Assembly: GCA_036479435.1 (NCBI GenBank)
Contig: JAZGFI010000119.1
Span: forward strand, 1-44,329
DNA length: 44,329 nucleotides
Reading direction: 5' to 3'
From: Planctomycetota bacterium
Lineage (GTDB): Bacteria; Planctomycetota; GCA-002687715; DRQF01
Of this stretch, positions 8,552-18,434 are shown in pieces. Position numbers and translations under genes: made by a program. How positions within the stretch are numbered: position 1 is the stretch's first letter; the number at the start of each line of letters is the position of its first letter. The notes under the pieces are model-generated. The model saw only the letters and a program-made list of their open reading frames with translations. It made no database searches and was not told the DNA's origin.

Positions 8552-9118
8552 ATGAATCCAGCGCATCTCGAAGATTCCGACCTGAAACAGGGACTTGCAG
8601 CGCTTTTCGAAAAGCACGCTTGCGGCCTGGCCGGAGCCATACGCGGCATCCTGGGAAAAAATGCAGAGGTCGGGGAAGTGATTCAAGAGTCCTTCCTTCG
8701 CTGCTGGCGGGCTCGGAGTCGCGGAACTTCAGCGCGTGATCCTGTCGCTTGGATGTTCGTCGTCACCATGAACACGTCTCGCGACCTGCGGCGACGCGAA
8801 GGGCGGAGACGCCCGGCCATGAACTTGGAGGACATCAACCCCATGCAGCTCAGTGTCAGCTCTAATCCCGAAGAGAATCTCGAACGCGCAGAGGCCGTAA
8901 CGGCAGCGCGGGCCGAGATTGAGCACCTCAACGACAAGCACAAAGAAGTGTTCTTACTACGAGTGTCCGGAGGCCTGTCCTTCGACGCTATCGCCGAGGC
9001 CCTCGACATTCCCACCGGCACCGCCAAAACGCGAATGCGATCAGCCCTCCAACAGCTGCGGCGCCGATTGAGCGCACACGCCCCAACCCTTTATCCTGAA
9101 ACGGGAGAGCAAGCATGA
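8552..9118 (+). CDS. ECF-family RNA polymerase sigma factor
   Basis: Region 2 EVIQESFLRCW...WMFVVTMNTSRD..RR and region 4 KEVFLLR..GLSFDAIAEALDIPTGTAKTRMRSA. Start chosen at ATG 8552 after AAGGA (ATG 8537 is an alternative). Confidence 0.93.
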   Translation: MNPAHLEDSDLKQGLAALFEKHACGLAGAIRGILGKNAEVGEVIQESFLRCWRARSRGTSARDPVAWMFVVTMNTSRDLRRREGRRRPAMNLEDINPMQLSVSSNPEENLERAEAVTAARAEIEHLNDKHKEVFLLRVSGGLSFDAIAEALDIPTGTAKTRMRSALQQLRRRLSAHAPTLYPETGEQA

Positions 9119-12100
9119 ACCGTCGACAGAACGAAAAAACCCGCGACGAGCTGTTGTCTTTTCACTACGGATGCGCGGCCGATGAAGCGGCCGTCCGGGA
9201 ACGTCTGGCCACCGACCCGGAGTACGCTGCTCTTTACAAAGAGGTTCGCAGCACGGCCACCTTATTGGACGAAGCCGCAAGCCACCCGGCCCCCGCGGTT
9301 GACTTCGAAGCCTTGGTCGATCCTGCGCTAAACGCAAGCCCAAGCCACCGAAACGATCCCACACGAACCTGGCGCTGGCCCAAGGTTGCCGCGGCCGCGG
9401 CAGTCTTGTTTGCCGCCCTCGCCGCGATGCCACTCGGCAAGTGGGGCCTCGCCGAGCGTGACCTTGCTCGCGAAGAATCCAAGGCAATTCGCTTGGTCGT
9501 CGCCGGGCCCCCTCGGCTCGTCGCGGGGAGCGCGGCGAGTTTCAGCGTGGAAACCTGGGACCTTGAGGGCAAGCCTCGGGCCGCCGACCTGTCGTGGCGA
9601 GCCTTCAACCCGGCCGGTGCGCTGATCACCAGCGGCAAGGCGGCTTCCACCGGAGACTTTGACTTGCGGCTCGAGGCCAAGTACAGCGATTGTACGCATC
9701 TAGAACTCGTCGCCGACGCGGACGGCCATCCCGAGACGGTAACCGTCAAACTCCAACGCCGCGAGGATGCGCCTCTCGTCCACCTTTCTCAGGACAAAGC
9801 CGTGCACCGCCCGGGTGAGGTCTTGCGCGTGCGCGGCCTGTTCCTCAACCGTTTGTCGATGAAGCCTCGGCCTGGCGGATACCGAGCTCGCTTGCTCGAT
9901 CCGCGCGGCCAAGCCCTGCAAGACTTTGGGCTACAGCGCGCCGATCAGGGCATTGCCGCCTGGAACTGGACGATTCCCCCGGCGAGCCCGGGCGGTGAGT
10001 ACCGATTCGAGCTGCGCGATGCGACCAATACCTTTGCCGTCGAAACCCTCATGGTGAACGTGCAGCGCTTTCAGCCGGCCACGCTTGCCAAAAAGATCGT
10101 GCTCGACCGCGAAACCTACGCAGCGGGAGCCCATGGCGTCGCAGAAGTAAGCGTTCACGCCGTTGACGGCAAAACTAGCCCCAAGGTAATCGAAGGCTTC
10201 CTTTCGGTTGATGGCCAGGAGTGTTGGAAGGGTCGCACGAACCTCGATGCCCAAGGCCTGGGCTTCTTCGAGTTTTCGATCCCGAAAGAAGTCAAGATCG
10301 GCCGTGCCGTTTTCAGTGTGCGCGCCGAACACGAAGGCCGCGTCGAGACGGAGCTGGAGCCCTTCTTCATCCCCACCGGCGTGGTAGAAGTCGACTTTTT
10401 TCCGGAAAGCGGCGACTTTGTCGCGGGCCTTAGCAACCGTCTGTACGCATCGGCACAAGATGCCTTGGGACGGCCTGTGGCTTTTTCGGGACGCATCGTC
10501 GACGACTTAGATCGCGTCGTGGCAACCGTCACCTCGGCGCATCAAGGCCGCGCACGTTTTGACTTGCGCCCGATTGCGAATCGACGCTACCGACTTGAGT
10601 TTGACGAGCCGAAGGCTCCGGCCGTTGACCTCCCCATCCTCCGCGTTGAAGGGCTCATCATCCGCAGCCGCGCCGATGGATTTGAGCCAGGGATGCCTTT
10701 GGAACTCGAAGTAGAGACCACCGTTCAGGGCCCCTTCATCGCCGTCGCCTACTGCCGGGGGATACAAGTCGGGCAGGACAGTTTTGCGGGAAGTGGCCGC
10801 CACGCCCTGGAGTTGCCCCTGCCAGATGAAGTCGCCGGAGTCTTGCGCGTCACGGTCTTTGATGCAGACGGACGCCCTTGGGCGGAGCGCCTGCTACGCC
10901 GCAAGTCCGAGCGACGCATCCAAGTCGAGATCACGCCGGAGAAAGAGTCACTTTCGCCCGGCGAGACTCAGACTCTCAACATCAAAGCCAGAGATGAAAA
11001 CGGCGAACCCGTCATGGTCGTCTGCGGGCTCACCGTAGTCGACAAGGCCGTGCGAGACTTCCACGGCGAACGCCGCATCGGTCTTTTTGACCGCGCCTAC
11101 TTCTTCGCCGACGTGGAGTCTCTCGAAGCCGTCGAAGAGTTCATGGACGATCACCCCAATGCCGACGAGCACATCGATTTGTTGCTCGGAACCCAAGGAT
11201 GGCGGCGTTTTGCCTGGGTCGACGCCGAGGCCTTCCTCGCCAAAGAAAACGACCGCGCCCGGCAGTTATTCGTTCGCGAAGCCAACACTCATTTGCCCGC
11301 CGTCGTCGACAGCGCGCCATCTTCCTTCAAGGATCTGGCGCACTTGCAGATCGTGGCCCGGGACGTGGCTTCAGAATCGAAATCTCGCGCCGCTTGGGGG
11401 CTTTTGGGCTTGGGCGCGATTGGGGCCGCGGGCCTGGTCTTTACTCTGCTCTCGCGGGCGGCACCGCAAGTCGTCCAAGGGCGCCGGCGACTGGCGGGGC
11501 TGAGCTTGTTCGCTCTCTCTGCCTTGGCTTTGTTGCCCTTGGCCTTGCCTTGGTTGAAGAGTGACGCGCCTGAGGATTCTCAGCCGCACCGTCTCGTCTT
11601 TGCCGAAGCGGAATTCCAGACGGCAGCCTCGAAGGACCATGGCCTTCGGCTCGGCGAAGCCTCGATCATCAGCAATGAGGCCGACCTGGGCCTCATCCGC
11701 TGGGAGCAAGGCCCATGGCAAGGGGTGCGGCGAGCCGGGGCGCCGATTCATAATTTCATCGGGGGCGTCGTCCTCAATGGCAACCCGCCGGTCAACAAGC
11801 TCGAAATGGTGCCGCAAGCCCACGCTGTCGTATTCCCGGTGGATTGGGGCCAAATTCGGGCGGAGGCCCTCGTCAAACAAATCGAAGTCAAAAAGGTCGT
11901 GGCCGATGGGGACCGTCAGAATCAGATCTTACTCCTGGAGGATGCCATGGCGGGACTAAAGATCGACCTCGCCCGGGCCCAGCGCCTAGTCGTCGATGGT
12001 CCCTTCGCCCCCATTCCCCTTCGAGTGTTTGCTTACCAACGTCGTCCCACTACCGACGCTTACGCGCGCCGTGACTTCAGCGAGACTCTCTATTGGAACG

Positions 12101-14133
12101 CCGAACTAAAAACTGACGCTCAGGGTCTCGCGAAAGTCAGCTTTGATACGAGTGACCGCGTGACGCGATGGAGCATCGTGACCGACGCGCATGGCGCGGA
12201 GCGAGTCGGGCAGGACCTATCCTACTTCGATACCAAGCTCCCGCTAAGTGTTGATCTCCAAGCGCCTAACCAGGCGATCATCGGCGATCGGCTCCGGCTT
12301 CCGGTGACGATCCACAGCGATCTTCAAGATCTCGATCAGGCGCAGCTTTTCATCGAGTGCCACGGTGGTGTCCGACTCACAGGGGTGAACACTCGTGCGG
12401 TCCAAATCAGGGACGGGCTGGCACAAGTCGATGTGGAGGTCGAAGTTTGGGATGAACAGCCTGGCGTCGTCGATGTTCGGGTGACTCTCGGTCGCTTCGA
12501 AGACCGCGTCGAAAAGGTGTTCCCGATCGAACGTCGAGGCTACCCGCACGAAGAGTCGCGCAGTGGCACGCTGGAGAAAGAAGCCAGTTTCCGCGTCGGA
12601 TCTCCCGAGGACTACCAAAAGGGATCACTGCGGGCGCAACTGAAGTTTTATCCGCGCGCCCTCGACGAAATTGGTGAAGGCCTCGAGGGAATCCTGCAGA
12701 TGCCCTGTGGCTGCTTTGAACAGGCCTCCGCAACGAACTACCCCAACGTGCTGACGCTCACCTACTTGAAGAACAGCGAGACCGTTTCGCCTTCGTTGAA
12801 GATCCGGGCCGAGAAACTCTTGAAGGCGGGATATCAAAAGCTGACGGGTTACGAATGCGGCAAGCTCGGATACGAGTGGTTTGGCAACGACCCCGGACAT
12901 GAATCTCTTTCGGCCTACGGACTGCTTGAGTTCCAAGACATGTCTGCGGTCTACCCGGTCCAAGCCGAGATGATCGAAAGGACTCGGCAGTGGTTGCTGG
13001 AGCGTCGCGATGGCGAAGGTGGATTCAAACGATCCCAAGGCAGCGCCGACAGCTACGGACGCGCGCCGAAGGACGTCACCGACGCCTACATCACCTACGC
13101 TTTGGCCCTAACGGGAACGCCTGCGCACAAGATCCGTCGCGAAGTCGATCGGCTTGAGAGTTTGGCCGCATCTAGCGAGGACTTCTACGTCATCGCTTTG
13201 GCCGCAGCCGGTCTTCAGGCCGCGGGGCGGCACAAAGCGGCGACGAAGGCACGAGCCAAGCTTTTGGCGGGCCAGGCGGCGGACGGGTCGATCACCGGAT
13301 CAACGACGAGCATCACGTCATCCCGCGCTCGAGACCTCAAGGTCGAAACGACGGCTTTCGCGCTTTTGGCTTGGCTCGACGATCGCGACCAATGGGATGC
13401 GGCTAATCGCGCCGCCAAGTTCCTACGCGAGTCACGTTTGGGCAACGGTCGCTTCGGCTCCACGCAAGCGACCATCATGGTTTTGAAAGCCCTAACCACT
13501 CAGGCCTCGGTGATGGCGGTCCCAGAGGGCGAAGGCGTCCTCACCGTGTACATCAATGGCCAACTCATCCGCCGCATTGAGATCACGCTGGCTCACCGGG
13601 GGACCATCGTCATCGATGGACTCGATGAATCCCTGCTCGCAGGAGACAACGACATTCGCATGACCCTCGACGGCGAACTGACCTTCCCCTGGACTTTTGA
13701 TCTGCGCTACGTCTCAGACCTACCCGCCGACGACCCGGATGCGGCCCTGGTCCTGGAAACCTCGCTGCGCGAGCCGACCGTGCGCCTGGGCGAAACGGTC
13801 ACGCTGGACGTCTTGGTGGAAAACCTGAAGGACGAAGGCTTGGCCATGGGAATCGCCGTGGTCGGTCTGCCAGCGGGATTGCGGGCGACCCGCCAGATCT
13901 TGGAGGATCTGCAAAAAGAGGCCGCCTTCGACTACTACGAGCGCCGTGGTTCCAAGCTGGTCTTTTACTGGCGCGGCTTCGCCCCCGGCGCTCGCAAAGA
14001 GTTCGCGATGCCCCTGGTGGCCGAGTTACCCGGCTCATCCTGCGGATCGGCGTCCAGCGTCTATCTTTATTACGGAGCGGAATGCAAACGCTGGTGCCCA
14101 GGGCTTAAGATTGAGGTTCGGCGAGGCAGATAG
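9115..14133 (+). CDS. Alpha-2-macroglobulin / MG2-domain thioester protein with an N-terminal anti-sigma-like segment
   Basis: MG2 motif DKAVHRPGE, FFPESG, RRDFSETLYW, thioester GCFEQ at 12709-12723, GYEWFG, FGSTQAT, C-terminal receptor-binding-like region; ATGA overlap with the sigma gene. Confidence 0.9.
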   Translation: MNRRQNEKTRDELLSFHYGCAADEAAVRERLATDPEYAALYKEVRSTATLLDEAASHPAPAVDFEALVDPALNASPSHRNDPTRTWRWPKVAAAAAVLFAALAAMPLGKWGLAERDLAREESKAIRLVVAGPPRLVAGSAASFSVETWDLEGKPRAADLSWRAFNPAGALITSGKAASTGDFDLRLEAKYSDCTHLELVADADGHPETVTVKLQRREDAPLVHLSQDKAVHRPGEVLRVRGLFLNRLSMKPRPGGYRARLLDPRGQALQDFGLQRADQGIAAWNWTIPPASPGGEYRFELRDATNTFAVETLMVNVQRFQPATLAKKIVLDRETYAAGAHGVAEVSVHAVDGKTSPKVIEGFLSVDGQECWKGRTNLDAQGLGFFEFSIPKEVKIGRAVFSVRAEHEGRVETELEPFFIPTGVVEVDFFPESGDFVAGLSNRLYASAQDALGRPVAFSGRIVDDLDRVVATVTSAHQGRARFDLRPIANRRYRLEFDEPKAPAVDLPILRVEGLIIRSRADGFEPGMPLELEVETTVQGPFIAVAYCRGIQVGQDSFAGSGRHALELPLPDEVAGVLRVTVFDADGRPWAERLLRRKSERRIQVEITPEKESLSPGETQTLNIKARDENGEPVMVVCGLTVVDKAVRDFHGERRIGLFDRAYFFADVESLEAVEEFMDDHPNADEHIDLLLGTQGWRRFAWVDAEAFLAKENDRARQLFVREANTHLPAVVDSAPSSFKDLAHLQIVARDVASESKSRAAWGLLGLGAIGAAGLVFTLLSRAAPQVVQGRRRLAGLSLFALSALALLPLALPWLKSDAPEDSQPHRLVFAEAEFQTAASKDHGLRLGEASIISNEADLGLIRWEQGPWQGVRRAGAPIHNFIGGVVLNGNPPVNKLEMVPQAHAVVFPVDWGQIRAEALVKQIEVKKVVADGDRQNQILLLEDAMAGLKIDLARAQRLVVDGPFAPIPLRVFAYQRRPTTDAYARRDFSETLYWNAELKTDAQGLAKVSFDTSDRVTRWSIVTDAHGAERVGQDLSYFDTKLPLSVDLQAPNQAIIGDRLRLPVTIHSDLQDLDQAQLFIECHGGVRLTGVNTRAVQIRDGLAQVDVEVEVWDEQPGVVDVRVTLGRFEDRVEKVFPIERRGYPHEESRSGTLEKEASFRVGSPEDYQKGSLRAQLKFYPRALDEIGEGLEGILQMPCGCFEQASATNYPNVLTLTYLKNSETVSPSLKIRAEKLLKAGYQKLTGYECGKLGYEWFGNDPGHESLSAYGLLEFQDMSAVYPVQAEMIERTRQWLLERRDGEGGFKRSQGSADSYGRAPKDVTDAYITYALALTGTPAHKIRREVDRLESLAASSEDFYVIALAAAGLQAAGRHKAATKARAKLLAGQAADGSITGSTTSITSSRARDLKVETTAFALLAWLDDRDQWDAANRAAKFLRESRLGNGRFGSTQATIMVLKALTTQASVMAVPEGEGVLTVYINGQLIRRIEITLAHRGTIVIDGLDESLLAGDNDIRMTLDGELTFPWTFDLRYVSDLPADDPDAALVLETSLREPTVRLGETVTLDVLVENLKDEGLAMGIAVVGLPAGLRATRQILEDLQKEAAFDYYERRGSKLVFYWRGFAPGARKEFAMPLVAELPGSSCGSASSVYLYYGAECKRWCPGLKIEVRRGR

Positions 14134-14244
14134 GAAAATCGCAGTAGTAAGGGCTGTCGTCTCCGGACGGCAGCCCATTTCTTTCGGCCAAACGGTCGAA
14201 GAAAGATTGCCAATCGTTGACAACTAGGCCACAATCCGGGGGCC

Positions 14245-15873
14245 GTGAAAAACTCTATCACCCCCAATACAGCGTGCCGGCAATTGCCGACATGGCTTGC
14301 AGCTCTGCAATGGCTGCTGATGTCGTTTGTTTGCTTAGCGTTGATAGCCCCCGCATGCAAACAAGAAGAGTCAACGATAACGAATGCCGCCGATGTTCAA
14401 CTCGCGAAAGAGCGGGTCGCGGCGGCCTACAAGAAACTCGAGGCGGGCAACTATCCCGAAGCCGAGCGCTTGTTCGCCGAGGCGAGATCATTCGACGCCG
14501 ACAACGTCGCCGCGCGGAATGGCCGCGCTCTCAAGGTCGTGTCCGCGCTGAAAAAAAAAGAAGCGCTACAGGTCGTCGGCCAAGCACGAAAGATTGCCCA
14601 AAGGCAAGGTATCCCGGCCGCCCTGTCCTCCATAGAGCGCGCGATGACTCTAGATCCTAACCACCCTCAGATTCTCGAACTCTACGGCAACTCACTCGCT
14701 CAAGTTCGGCAGTTCTCAAAAGCCAGGAGCATCGCGAAGCGCCTGCAACAGCTTTACCCTGGCCGCCATCAAGGCTGGTGGCTCGAATGCCAAATCGACC
14801 ACGAGATGGGCGACTATCAATCCAGCCTTGCGCTGGTGGATATGATCAAGTCTGAATTCTCAGCCAAGGAACAGCCCAAGTCAATCAATCAACTTCAGTT
14901 GATCGAGGCCATAGCTGCCATCCACCATCGAAGGGATCGCTCCGAGTTACCGCTCCTTCGGGAGCTCATTCGACGCAATCCACGGGCACCCGCACATCGC
15001 GATCGCCTTGCCAGCCGGCTCGCCGACCTTGGCGAACACAAAAAAGCTCTGGTTCACCTGAAAATCCTCTGCGAGAGCGAGGAAGCCCCGCTTCGGCTCT
15101 TGCTCCACATGGGTCTGTTGCAGGAGAAAACTGGTCGCCTCAGCGACGCGCAGGCGACTTTCCGACGAGCGGCAACTGCGCCCAAGGGCCCGGGATCAGC
15201 ATGGAGCTCGATGGCCCGGGTGTGCTCTAAGTCCCAAGACGAATCCGACTGGCGATCTGGACTGTCCGCAGTTGAGAAAGCCCTGTCGCTGAACCCAAAG
15301 AATGTCGTTGCGCTCAGTTCCGCCGCGGTCATTCACCGCAAACTAAATCAGCCGAAGCAAGCGAGCGCATTCGCCAAAAGACAGCAAGAGGCAACAGACG
15401 AGAATGCGGCTCGCTTGAAAGACGCCCTCGTCGTCAAGGACCGCCTTGGTGCCCAACCTGAGAATCTCGAGCTTTACTTGCAATACATCCAAATCTCGAT
15501 CGTGCGCCGAGACATTGCCGAAGCCCGACGAACCCTAGACGCGGGACTTCGGCGTTGGCCGAAGAACAGCGATCTGTTGAGCTATTCCGCCCAAGTGTTT
15601 TCCGAATCGGGCGCATACGACAAGAGCTACTGGGAGGCGCAAAAGATCGTTGTCGGCTCGCCGCGGGATCACCGCGGCTTGGTGTTGGTGGCGCTCGCCG
15701 CCGAAAATCTCGGGCGCATTGAAGAAGCCGCCCACTACGCCGAACGGGCCGCTGACTTGGCGCCGGAAGATCTCTATAGCCTCAAGATTCTCAACCGCTG
15801 CTACCAACGACTCGGCGATCGCGTCGAAGCGGCCAAGCACGCCAAGCTGCGTGGGCTCATGGACCTTAAGTAA
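14245..15873 (+). CDS. Tetratricopeptide-repeat protein, probably exported
   Basis: N-terminal hydrophobic stretch ending in APAC, followed by many TPR-like helical pairs (ERAMTLDPNHP, EKALSLNPKN, ERAADLAPED). Start codon uncertain. Confidence 0.8.
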   Translation: MKNSITPNTACRQLPTWLAALQWLLMSFVCLALIAPACKQEESTITNAADVQLAKERVAAAYKKLEAGNYPEAERLFAEARSFDADNVAARNGRALKVVSALKKKEALQVVGQARKIAQRQGIPAALSSIERAMTLDPNHPQILELYGNSLAQVRQFSKARSIAKRLQQLYPGRHQGWWLECQIDHEMGDYQSSLALVDMIKSEFSAKEQPKSINQLQLIEAIAAIHHRRDRSELPLLRELIRRNPRAPAHRDRLASRLADLGEHKKALVHLKILCESEEAPLRLLLHMGLLQEKTGRLSDAQATFRRAATAPKGPGSAWSSMARVCSKSQDESDWRSGLSAVEKALSLNPKNVVALSSAAVIHRKLNQPKQASAFAKRQQEATDENAARLKDALVVKDRLGAQPENLELYLQYIQISIVRRDIAEARRTLDAGLRRWPKNSDLLSYSAQVFSESGAYDKSYWEAQKIVVGSPRDHRGLVLVALAAENLGRIEEAAHYAERAADLAPEDLYSLKILNRCYQRLGDRVEAAKHAKLRGLMDLK

Positions 15874-15874
15874 C

Positions 15875-17125
15875 ATGGCAAGTCCAGCGCCTCGCCGGAT
15901 CGCGCACCTCGTTCATTTGTTTCCGCCCGAATCTCACGGTGGCACCCAGTCCTATGTGCGCGCTTTGGCCAAAGCCCAAGCGGCGGCGGGCGACCAAGTG
16001 CGAGTGATTTGTGGCTCCAACGACCTTGGTCGCGGTCGCATTCTAGCTTCAGAGCGCATGGGCGAGGTCACCGTTCACCGATTCTATCGCGAGCCGGAGG
16101 AGAGGTTCTCAGGAGACTTGGGCTGCGAGCGCCTCTCTGACGAGATCACGGCCTTCGTCGAGGGCTTTGGCGCCGACATGGTGCACCTGCATCATTGGAG
16201 CGGCTTAAGTTCCAACCTCGTCAGAAGACTGGCCGCCGCGGGGCTCCCCGTCGTCGTGACCTTGCACGACTTGTTTGTCACTTGTGCTCGTCATTTTCGG
16301 ATGCCAGATCATCACAATTTTTGCCAGCGCGACGTTGGGATAGAAGACTGCGCCCAATGTCTCGCCCCAGACTTGGTGGGCTTCGATGGGCCGCGCATCC
16401 TTAGTGCTCTTTCGAAGCGGCGCGATGACTTCGCGGCCGAACTGCGGACGGCACGACGCGTCTTGACGGTGAGTGATGCACAGCGCGATCTTTTGCTTTC
16501 GATACCGGGCCTTGAAGGGCAAGACCTCAAGACCTTTCCCATCGGCGTCCCAGGCAGTTTCGCGCCGCCTTCAACGCGGTCGCAGGGCCCGCTTGAGCCG
16601 GGCCGACTGGTGGTAGCCAACTGGGGAGGTCTCGATCCACGTAAGGGGCTCGGCGACCTCTTGCAAGCAATACACCACACCGGACAAGCAAATGCCTATC
16701 GCGTCGAAGTCTGGGGTGGCGGCTTGGACACCGACTACGGTCGCGACGTGCAAAAACTCGCGGCGGGAATCGAAGTCCATTTCCATGGCCGCTATGAGGA
16801 CGCCGAGCTGCTTTCTTTTGGCTCAAAGGCTGACGTTGCAGTCTTTCCATTCTTAGCTTTTGAGACCTACGGCCTGGTTGTGGACGAAGCGCTCCGCCTA
16901 GACCTGCCAGTATTGGTCAGCGCCCACGGGGCGCCTCCGGAACGTCTCGGTGAAAGCGGCGATTGCTTTCCCGCTGGCAACATCGAGGCGCTCGCCATCC
17001 GACTAGAACTGCTCCGCAACCAGCCAGAAAATCTCTTGGCGCATCGCCAAGGAAAACACGGCGCGCGGTCCTTTGCGGACCACCGCCGTGCCCTTCAGGC
17101 TCTTTACGATGAGGTCTTGTCCTAA
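15875..17125 (+). CDS. Glycosyltransferase family 4 (GT-B fold)
   Basis: HLFPPESHGGTQSY, DMVHLHH, VVTLHD, RKGLGDL, ETYGLVVDEA; ATG at 15875, 1 bp after the TPR stop. Confidence 0.9.
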   Translation: MASPAPRRIAHLVHLFPPESHGGTQSYVRALAKAQAAAGDQVRVICGSNDLGRGRILASERMGEVTVHRFYREPEERFSGDLGCERLSDEITAFVEGFGADMVHLHHWSGLSSNLVRRLAAAGLPVVVTLHDLFVTCARHFRMPDHHNFCQRDVGIEDCAQCLAPDLVGFDGPRILSALSKRRDDFAAELRTARRVLTVSDAQRDLLLSIPGLEGQDLKTFPIGVPGSFAPPSTRSQGPLEPGRLVVANWGGLDPRKGLGDLLQAIHHTGQANAYRVEVWGGGLDTDYGRDVQKLAAGIEVHFHGRYEDAELLSFGSKADVAVFPFLAFETYGLVVDEALRLDLPVLVSAHGAPPERLGESGDCFPAGNIEALAIRLELLRNQPENLLAHRQGKHGARSFADHRRALQALYDEVLS

Positions 17126-17177
17126 TTCCACTTCGCTGGCCATTCTCGTCAAGAAGTGGCAAGCAAGGCAGATTGGA

Positions 17178-18179
17178 TCAGGCTCGAGCGTGTCGGCCCG
17201 CCTCGAGAATTTTCGCGGGTACCGGCCTCAGATCCCAGACAATTCCAGCCCACGACAAGATCTTCAGCAAGTAGAAGGTCACGTCGATTTCCCACCAGTA
17301 AAACCCCTGGCGAGTTGCCGACTGGTAGTGGTGGTGATTGTTGTGCCAGCCCTCGCCCATAGTAATGAGCGCCAGCAGAAAGTTGTTGCGGCTGGTATCC
17401 GTGGTTTTGAAGCGGCGATTGCCAAAGGTATGCGAAAGCGAGTTGATCGTGTAGGTGCCGTGGAACAAAAAGACGGTACTGATGAAGAAGCCCCAGATTA
17501 GCATCTGCCAGCCGTTCGTTCCCAAACCGGGAGCCCAGGCTTCAAGGCCTACACCCAGAAGGAAAGTCAAAACGCCCAGCAAGATCGGAACGACAGTATC
17601 GTACTTGTTGAGGAATCGAAGTTCGGGGTACTTGGCGAAGTCTTTGATCGTCGAAAAATCGGTGTCATTCGCTTCGCGAGTCAAAAACCAAAGCGTGTGG
17701 GAATACCAGAACCCGCGATGCTTCGGCGAGTGGAGATCACAGGGCTCGTCCGAATGCCGGTGATGGAAGCGATGATGCGCAGCCCACCACAAGGGGCCAC
17801 GTTGCACCGAGCTGTTGCCAAGGGCCGCGAACAAAAATTGAGCAAAACGAGAGGTCTTGAAGCTGCGGTGGGAGAAGTAGCGGTGGTAAAAACCGGTAAT
17901 CGCGAACATGCGGACGAAGTACATGAGGACGGCGACGCCGACAGCAACCCAGCTGACGCCTACAACCAAGGCAAACAGGCAAAGCAAATGAAAAATGATG
18001 AAGGGAGTACTTCGAACCCAATCAACCGTGGTCTTGGGAGGACCAGAAGTCTTCTCCGGACACTCCGGGGCGCTTCGAAAAGATCCCGACGCTTCCGCTG
18101 GCGAACTCGGCGGGTCTAAGGTGGTCGATCGTTGGAGCGGCTCGTTGGGCACGAGGCCGTCCTGTTTGGCTCTAAACAT
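17178..18179 (-). CDS. Delta-9-type fatty acid (acyl-CoA) desaturase
   Basis: His boxes HRYFSH, HRFHH and HNNHH, plus TM helices. Start moved to ATG 18179, preceded by AAGGAGG, which removes the overlap with the divergent kinase. Confidence 0.93.
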   Translation of the reverse strand: MFRAKQDGLVPNEPLQRSTTLDPPSSPAEASGSFRSAPECPEKTSGPPKTTVDWVRSTPFIIFHLLCLFALVVGVSWVAVGVAVLMYFVRMFAITGFYHRYFSHRSFKTSRFAQFLFAALGNSSVQRGPLWWAAHHRFHHRHSDEPCDLHSPKHRGFWYSHTLWFLTREANDTDFSTIKDFAKYPELRFLNKYDTVVPILLGVLTFLLGVGLEAWAPGLGTNGWQMLIWGFFISTVFLFHGTYTINSLSHTFGNRRFKTTDTSRNNFLLALITMGEGWHNNHHHYQSATRQGFYWWEIDVTFYLLKILSWAGIVWDLRPVPAKILEAGRHARA

Positions 18180-18434
18180 GGATCCCTCCTTTGGGGGTCG
18201 AATTGGATGCGAGAGCATAGCGCCTGAGCTGCCTCGGAAACAGCTACCCGATAGAGGGGAGGGGCCTAAGGGCTGGGCGTTTCGTTTTGCACGCAAGGCC
18301 TTTTGCTTCATAATCTTAGGGGACCTTGACAGATGATGAAATCGGAATGATAGTGGCAAAGTGTCGCCTTGCCACGCGGCATTATTGTCGCACGACGACC
18401 ACAATGACGATGCCTTAGTCGAGCTAAGCTCGCG

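Noticed and set aside
15650..15874. N-terminal extension of the glycosyltransferase ORF
   Set aside because: It overlaps the TPR gene in another frame; GT4 similarity begins at the ATG at 15875.
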